Positions 8,426 to 14,919 of a stretch of 14,919 nucleotides of DNA are shown here, in pieces. The notes under the pieces were generated by a model. That model did no database searches. It was not told where the DNA came from and saw nothing but the letters and a program-made list of their open reading frames with translations. Source of the DNA: Octopus sinensis (taxonomy: Eukaryota); assembly GCF_006345805.1 (NCBI RefSeq), contig NW_021825611.1, forward strand, positions 1 to 14,919. Direction: 5' to 3'. Position 1 is the first letter of the stretch; each line of letters opens with the position of its first letter. The position numbers and the translations under genes are program-made.

Positions 8426-8624
8426 GTATGTCAAGTGAATGGGAAGCAGTAATTAAAGAGGTTGTTAATATGCTCCGGAATAATCATTTAAAGATGTTTT
8501 TGTTAAATATTGTTATTGTTTTTGAGGGAAAATATTTATTGAAAAAAAGGCCGCAATAATTATGCACCAACCAATATGTTTTTTAATGCAATTCATGGTG
8601 TCAGATATTCTATAAGAAACGATC

Positions 8625-8977
8625 TATTGTTGTTGCCGTTGTTGTTATTGATCTTGATGTTGTTGTTGTTGTTGTTTGCTCCCACTGTTGTTTCTTCATG
8701 ATGTTGTTGCTATTGCTGCAATTGTTATTGTTGTTGTTGTTGTTGTTGTTGCTGCTGCTGCTGCTGCTGTAATTGCTGTTGGTTGTTGTCGCCATCGTTG
8801 CTGTTATTGATAGACGCTGTTGTTATTGTTGTTGTTGTTGCTGCTGCTGATGTTACAGCTTTTGTTGGTCTTTTCACCTGTTGTTCTTGTCATTGTTGCT
8901 GTCGTTTGTTGCTCCTGTTGTTGTTGTGCTGCTACTAATGTTGTTGCTGTTGTTGTTGTTGATGATGATGGTGGTGG

Positions 8978-9020
<43 letters not shown>

Positions 9021-9055
9021 ATTGTCGTTGATGTTGACATCGTTGCCGATGTAGT
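8625..9055. repeat. Compound trinucleotide array (GTT/GCT/GAT/GGT)n upstream of exon 6
   Basis: Directly visible succession of GTT, GCT, GGT and GAT runs. Confidence 0.92.
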
Positions 9056-9128
9056 TTAACTTAACTTTTATATTTTGTTGTTTTTATTTTATCTCGTTGT
9101 TGTTATGAAGTCTCTTTCTCTGTTGAAG

Positions 9129-10024
9129 GTTACGCCCTGTTGGACTTGCCCGATGACAGACAACGAAACTTCGGCCTCCTACCGCACATCCACAGCATCA
9201 GTCCTAACAAAGGATCGACATTCGGGGGAACGGGAATCACTATCGCAGGTGCTGGGTTCGTCCACGAAAAGAGTACAGTCGAAGTGACCATCGGCTATGG
9301 ACGCTGTGACGTAAAGAGTGTCAGCTACGACTATGTCTTGTGTGTCACCCCAAGGGGGACTGCAGGACAGTCGCCTCCACCACGTCTTCAACTTCTGGTT
9401 GTTAACGGCAACAGGAAGGTGCCGGCCGTTTGTAAAATTAGCAAGAACTGTACGTTCACCTACGATGACAGCTTGACTCCGGTTGTTACCTCGGCGTCCC
9501 CGATCAACATAACCGGAAGTGGGGTTGAGTTAACCATCAACGGCAACAAATTCGGCAGCGAGCCCTGGAAAATACAAGTGAAAACGGCCGGTGTTTTGTG
9601 TAAGGTGACTACAGTGAAAAACAATGAGATAAAATGTTCGACAGGGAATATTCCAGCGGGAAACTTTCCTCTGCATGTCTATAAGGAAGGTATCGGAAAT
9701 TCGGACACAAACAACATCAATTTACACAGCCATCCCCATTTAAAAGATATCAATCCGAGTTCTGGAAGTTTTCAGGGAGGAACTTATATAACCATAAAAG
9801 GTAACGGGTTTGTGGAGAATGATACCACAGTTACCATTAACAATAAGAACTGTGTTATCATCTCGGTTAGCGCTACCGTGATTATGTGTGAAACTCCGGC
9901 CAATTCACTGGGAATCAAATTACTTCGGGTCGTATCAAATGGACAGACATACCCGACTGGTAGCTTCATCTACGACAACGCAAACACGCCAAATATCATA
10001 TCTATTTCCCCAAGCAACGGCCAG
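9129..10024 (+). CDS. PKHD1L1: PKHD1L1-like exon 6 (three complete TIG domains and start of a fourth)
   Basis: Pyrimidine tract and AAG acceptor at 9127-9128, (G)YALLDLPDDRQRNFGLLPHIHSISPNKGSTFGGTGITIAGAGF...NPSSGSFQGGTYITIKGNGF...TPNIISISPSNGQ, donor CAG|GTAAGT at 10025. 896 nt, phase 1 in and phase 0 out. Confidence 0.93.
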
Positions 10025-10405
10025 GTAAGTTCTATATATCTGTCACCAAGACAGATGCCACTGTTATTATCAAGTTTATTTACGAAACTGCTTATTTGAG
10101 TGTCTTAACCTGTTAAATATCGTTCAAAATTTTCTGAGAAAACTTCAGCTTCTAAATTGCTAAAGTTTCTGACGGGCAAAATAACACATGACAATGACAG
10201 ATTTAAACTGGTACATGTTTCTGTTAATCTAGCCCATAAATGGCTTATTGACTGCTAATCTATGACTAAATTTTCTAATTGTCTAAAATAACACACGAGA
10301 TAATGGCGAATCTGAAATGATCGAATGTATCTATTAATCTAGCCAAAAGTACCTCACAAACTGCGAATCTGAACAAAAAATTCTGATTGGCTAAAATAAT
10401 ACACA

Positions 10406-10810
10406 GGCGCAGGGGTGGCTGTGTGGTAAGTAGCTTGCTAACCAACCACATGGTTCCGGGTTCAGTCCCACTGCGTGGCATCTTGGGCAAGTGTCTACTA
10501 TAGCCTCGGGCCGACCAATGCCTTGTGAGTGGATTTGGTAGACGGAAACTGAAAGAAACCTGTCGTATATATGTATATATATGTGTGTGTGTTTGTGTGT
10601 GTGTGTTTCTCCCCCTAGCATTGCGTGACAACCGATGCTGGTGTGTTTACGTCCCCGTCACTTAGCGGTTCGGCAAAAAGAGACCGATAGAATAAGTACT
10701 GAGCTTACAAAAAGAATAAGTCCTGGGGTCGATTTGCTCGACTAAAGGCGGTGCTCCAGCATGGCCGCAGTCAAATGACTGAAACAAGTAAAAGAGTAAA
10801 AGAGTAAAGA
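10406..10810 (+). mobile_element. tRNA-derived SINE, family A, copy 2 (full length)
   Basis: GGCGCAGGGGTGGCTGTGTGGTAAG head, B-box, microsatellite linker, AGTAAAAG-repeat tail. Aligns by eye along the whole length of copy 1. Confidence 0.9.
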
Positions 10811-11136
10811 CGATGCTGTATCTAAAAGAATTCCCTTCTGTTAATCATTCCAAAATGGCTCACAGAGTACTAATCTGAGTTTAAATTTCTGATTGGCTAA
10901 AACAACACACGTGGTTAGGGGAAGCTAAAACGTTGTCTATAAGAGAATCGCTACTTTAGCTTCGTGTTATATTTTGGGGAAACCAGCAACGAATAAGGAT
11001 CGAATGAAGAAACATCCAACCGCAAAAAACTTTGCTGGTTCAAAAGTTACTAACAGGAATAAATAAGATGAAAATTGGTGAGTCGATCGAGGGACAAGCA
11101 AAAAATACAATGTACGCATGCGCAAAGTGTAAATGG

Positions 11137-11510
11137 TACTCTTTTACTCTTTACTCTTTTACTTGTTTCAGTCATATGACTGCGGCCATGCTGGAGCACC
11201 GCCTTTAATCGAGCAACTCGACCCCGGAACTTATTCTTTTGTAAGCCCAGTACTTATTCTATCGGTCTCTTTTGCCGAACCGCTAAGTAACGGGGACATA
11301 AACACACCAGCATCGGTTGTCAAGCAATGCTAGAGGGGGGGGGCAAACACACAAACACACACACGCATATATATATATAGATATATATACGACGAGCTTC
11401 TTTCAGTTTCCGTCTGCCAAATCCACTCACAAGGCTTTGGTCGGCCCGAGGCTATAGTAGAAGACACTTGCCCAAGGTGCCACGCAGTGGGACTGAACCC
11501 GGAACCGTGT
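11137..11510 (-). mobile_element. tRNA-derived SINE, family A, copy 3 (antisense, 5' truncated by about 40 bp)
   Basis: Reverse complement of the family A tail (ACTCTTTTACT repeats at 11137-11163) and body. Stops shortly after the B-box, with the A-box part missing. Confidence 0.88.
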
Positions 11511-11850
11511 GTGATGATTTTTATGATATATGTACAAGTAAAATGAATTTGCATAGTGTATGTACCAGCTGCAAACGAGAGCTGCATCTTTGCTCATGCA
11601 TGTATGATTGTATAAGGTGTGATTTCATGCAAGTAATTCTGAGTAACATGGACAAAGCTTGAGCTTTCATACAAGTGAGTCTGCAGAGAGTTGAAATGAA
11701 TAGCAGTTTTAGTATTTTTCCAAAATAGGTTTTTGGACACAACGTATTTTAAATAAATATTAAGTTTAGAGTAAAAATGTAAAATAACGACAGCAAAAAC
11801 CTGTTGCCATTAATTCACATAACATGATTATCACATGTGTTGTGCCTGCA

Positions 11851-11862
11851 TATGTGTGTGTA

Positions 11863-11893
<31 letters not shown>

Positions 11894-11895
11894 TT

Positions 11896-11951
<56 letters not shown>
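11851..11951. repeat. (TG)n microsatellite
   Basis: Directly visible. Confidence 0.95.
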
Positions 11952-12558
11952 AAAACAAATCGGCATTGAGTATTTAACAAATTCGCCCAAAAGAAAAAAC
12001 AGGAGTTTTAAAAATTTTTTAGTCAGAGAAGGCGGCCCCACGACCCTTTACAGGGCCTCAGAAGCTGGTTTGAAGAAGGGAGAAAGATATCCTCCAATCA
12101 GAAACCTGGTCTGAACGAAATATGCTAATGGTGGCGAAATATGCTAATGGATAACGGATGAAGTCTGCTGCCCACGTAAGCACAACGTCCTGTAGATGTG
12201 AGGCAATGTGGTCACAGTTACCAATTCATTGGACGTCTCCAAAATGCATATATAACCAAGACCACGGGATTCTGACCCAGTGTTTGCTCTTCGTAGAGGA
12301 TGGCTGCGTATTCTCGTAAATCTGACAGATGCAAGTAAATTGGTATTTTTTCACCTAGTATTAGCAAAAATTAATTTATCCATGCCATATTGAAAACTGA
12401 ATTACTCAATTTACCTGCATTTTGGTAGAAATAAAAAACAGAAATAGTTTTACTTTTTTATCGTGACTAAAGGGGTTAAATACAGAAATATAATTACACA
12501 CATGTGAGTGAGAACACTTTGAGATATTTTTGGTATCTAATATATGTCAGATACTGCG

Positions 12559-12662
12559 AGCGCTGCTTCTGATTGGTCAATCCATGGTGATGACCCGAGG
12601 TCACGGTGACAGCGCTGCTTCTGATTGGTCAATCCATGGTGATGACCTGAGGTCACGGTTAC
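12559..12662. repeat. 52-bp tandem duplication (2 copies, 50/52 identical)
   Basis: AGCGCTGCTTCTGATTGGTCAATCCATGGTGATGACC(C/T)GAGGTCACGGT(G/T)AC at 12559-12610 and 12611-12662. Confidence 0.92.
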
Positions 12663-12758
12663 GGCACTACTTTTGTCATTCATAAGTTACAACTAAACGT
12701 GAAGAATTTAGTTATTGGGTTAATAAAATATGGTCGTTTATTCGTGTGTAATAAATAA

Positions 12759-12902
12759 AATACCAAACTCATTCCCTATGGATACCGTATATATTACAAC
12801 GAGTGGCTTGTAAACGTATCTAATGAGCGAAAGCGAGTTAGATACGTTTACAAGCCACGAGTTGTAATAAATACGGTATCCATAGGGAATGAGTTTGGTA
12901 TT
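12759..12902. repeat. Long foldback palindrome: 65-bp arms (62/65 complementary) around a 14-nt centre TGAGCGAAAGCGAG, MITE-like
   Basis: Left arm 12759-12823 is the reverse complement of 12838-12902 except at 12791 and 12801-12802. Confidence 0.93.
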
Positions 12903-12974
12903 CTCTATTTATTATCGCTGTTGTTACTGAAATGCTAATATTGTTGCTGTTGTTATTTATGTTTTATTTGCAAG

Positions 12975-13218
12975 GCGGGAGACACGTTGACACTTGTGGG
13001 TGTCGGTTTCAGTTCTTCAAACGACCAGAACGATGTGAGGGTGGGTGACAGCAAATGTACCGTATTTTCAGCCACATCCAACTCACTAAGATGCACCCTC
13101 GCTCACCAGAAGACAGGAGCCTACCCGGTTAAAGTGAGGGTAGACGGCAAAGGTTTTTCGACTGGCCAAAACCTGTTTGACTACGATCTCCTTCTCAAAG
13201 ATTTCTTGCCTTCTTCAG
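12975..13218 (+). CDS. PKHD1L1: PKHD1L1-like exon 7 (remainder of TIG domain)
   Basis: TTTGCAAG acceptor at 12973-12974. The phase 0 join gives SPSNGQ|AGDTLTLVGVGFSSSNDQNDVRVGDSKCTVFSATSNSLRCTLAHQKTGAYPVKVRVDGKGFSTGQNLFDYDLLLKDFLPSS. Donor G|GTAAAC at 13219. The gene continues beyond the window. Confidence 0.9.
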
Positions 13219-13253
13219 GTAAACACCGATTCACATTAGTTACTGCTTGCTGC

Positions 13254-13313
13254 GTGTGTGTGTATGCGTGTGTGTGTGTGTGTGTGTGTTTTTGTGTGTG
13301 TGTGTGTTTGTGT
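13254..13313. repeat. (TG)n microsatellite
   Basis: Directly visible, about 35 nt downstream of the exon 7 donor. Confidence 0.93.
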
Positions 13314-13924
13314 ATTTTTCTCCCTATCCTCAACGATACATTACTAAGATGGTGTGTTGTCCATGAGTTTGATAATCAGGAGATTAGTTTTAAAACTGGT
13401 TATAAAACTTTAAGCTATAAGATATACTGAGAACTTTTTTTAGAAATAAGCAAATGTAATTTAACTCTATAATTATCTATATTGAGTACATCTTACTCTG
13501 ATACATGTAGCTTCTTTTATCTGGTATATATATATATATATTAATTATAATAAAGGGTTAATTGCAACAAGTTGCTCAAAACCACATACCGAAAATATTA
13601 GAAATAGCACCCAAATTGATCACTATTTCTCCTACTAATAAAAAAGTCTCCACAAACAAACAGAATTTGTAACATGTATATGGTAAAAAGAAAGAAAATA
13701 AAATAACGAAATCCCAGCCTATGGATTAATTATAGACGAATCGTTTCTGGATTAGAACCGAAGGCTCATTTCCTTGTCAATAAAGGAAATTATAATTAAT
13801 ATAATAATTAATATAATTATTATAATTAATATAACTCTTACCAAATATGGTCTTTTCTATACCGATAAATCTACTAGTGAAATTTATTAATTTTATTAAA
13901 TTAATTATATTTCACCCTTTTTTT

Positions 13925-14082
<158 letters not shown>

Positions 14083-14130
14083 GTAATTCCTACAAATGTG
14101 TTGAGCGTCAAATGTGTTGAGCGTCAAATG

Positions 14131-14275
14131 TGTTCTGAGTTCAAATCTCGCTCAGTTCGATTTTGTCGTTTATCATTCCAGGATCGATAAATGAATTAGT
14201 ATTCAAATACTGGGTTGATATAATTGAGTGTCCCCGCCCATAAAATTTCTGGTATTATACTTTCGATAAAAGAAA
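14131..14275 (+). mobile_element. Degenerate family B SINE fragment, overlapped at its 5' end by a 16-bp tandem repeat (CAAATGTGTTGAGCGT x2.6, 14093-14134)
   Basis: GTTCTGAGTTCAAAT...GATCGATAAA...TACTGGGTTGATATAATTGAG...AAAATTTCTGG matches the order of motifs in 3316-3450. Confidence 0.6.
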
Positions 14276-14342
14276 TCATTATAATTAACTTTATTACTAA
14301 TCTATCGTTAAATTTGGGAAAAGACATAATTAAGAAGTACCC

Positions 14343-14812
14343 CAGGGGTGGCTGTGCGGTAAGAAGTTTGCTTCCCAACCACATGGTTCTGGGTTCAGTC
14401 CCACCGCGTGGCACCTTCGACAAGTGTCTTCTATTATAGCCCCAGGCTGACCAAAGCCTTGTAAGTGGATTTGCTGGACGGAAACTGAAAAGAAGCCCGT
14501 CGTGTATAAATATATGTGTGTGTGTGTTCGTGAGTGCGTGTGTGTGTGTGCGTGTGTGTACATGTGTGTGTGTGTGCGCGCACGTGTTTGCGTGTGTTCA
14601 CGTGTGTTCACGTGTGTTTGTGTGGGGCGCGGGTGGGGTGACACCATCATATATGCGTTTACGTTCCTGTAACTTAGCAATTCGGCAAAAATGAGTGATA
14701 GAATAAGTATCATACTCTAAAAATGAATACTGGAATCGATTCATTCGACTAGAAATTCTTCAAGGCAGTGCCCCAGCTTGGCCGCAGCCTAATGACTGAA
14801 ATAAATGAAAGA
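14343..14812 (+). mobile_element. tRNA-derived SINE, family A, copy 4 (more diverged, expanded TG linker)
   Basis: Same head (GGGGTGGCTGTGCGGTAAG...GGTTCAGTCCC), central and 3' modules as the other copies, with more substitutions and an internal TG-rich tract of about 130 bp. Confidence 0.82.
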
Positions 14813-14919
14813 TATCAGATTAAAAGATATTTAACTATTGTTGTTCAATGCAAATGGCGTCCCTAAGTAATCTAGGTCTTATATAAATGCTTATTGTTTT
14901 TCTTAATTTTTTTTATCAA

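Noticed and set aside
8610-9059. Poly-Q/N/S/T/D ORFs on both strands
   Set aside because: They are readings of the compound trinucleotide array in intron 5. Exons 5 and 6 join directly in phase.
10025-10099. ORF-track C-terminal extension VSSIYLSPRQMPLLLSSLFTKLLI as a real terminus
   Set aside because: It is read-through past a consensus CAG|GTAAGT donor into intron 6. The same applies to the tails of the 5203, 7645 and 12987 ORFs.
11990-12330. Higher-complexity stretch (with a 16-bp duplication at 12116-12150) as a hidden exon
   Set aside because: Exons 6 and 7 join at phase 0 into one uninterrupted TIG domain, and no TIG-like frame with splice sites was found. It is probably an unclassified repeat remnant.

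Overview
Eukaryotic, AT-rich, microsatellite- and SINE-dense genomic DNA. The repeat families look like those of an octopod cephalopod (inferred, not proven). The whole window lies inside one + strand gene. Seven GT-AG exons (709-889, 2497-2745, 3989-4174, 5240-5419, 7517-7867, 9129-10024, 12975-13218; 2287 nt, about 760 aa) join with matching phases and encode the middle extracellular part of a fibrocystin-L (PKHD1L1)-like protein: about 7 IPT/TIG domains plus a cupredoxin-like insert. Exon 2 carries one extra base near 2685, most likely an assembly error. The introns hold two tRNA-derived SINE families, a decayed R4/Dong-type LINE fragment, a (TAA)n-embedded dimeric element and many simple repeats. 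The most unusual intronic items are a CpG-decayed type I hammerhead ribozyme relic (7331-7427), a 65-bp-arm foldback palindrome just upstream of exon 7 (12759-12902), and a structured GC-rich insert splitting an old SINE (about 3615-3852). Almost all long ORFs in the track are microsatellite or SINE artefacts. Exon numbers are relative to this window. Comparisons to known sequences are by eye from recalled sequence, not from database searches.
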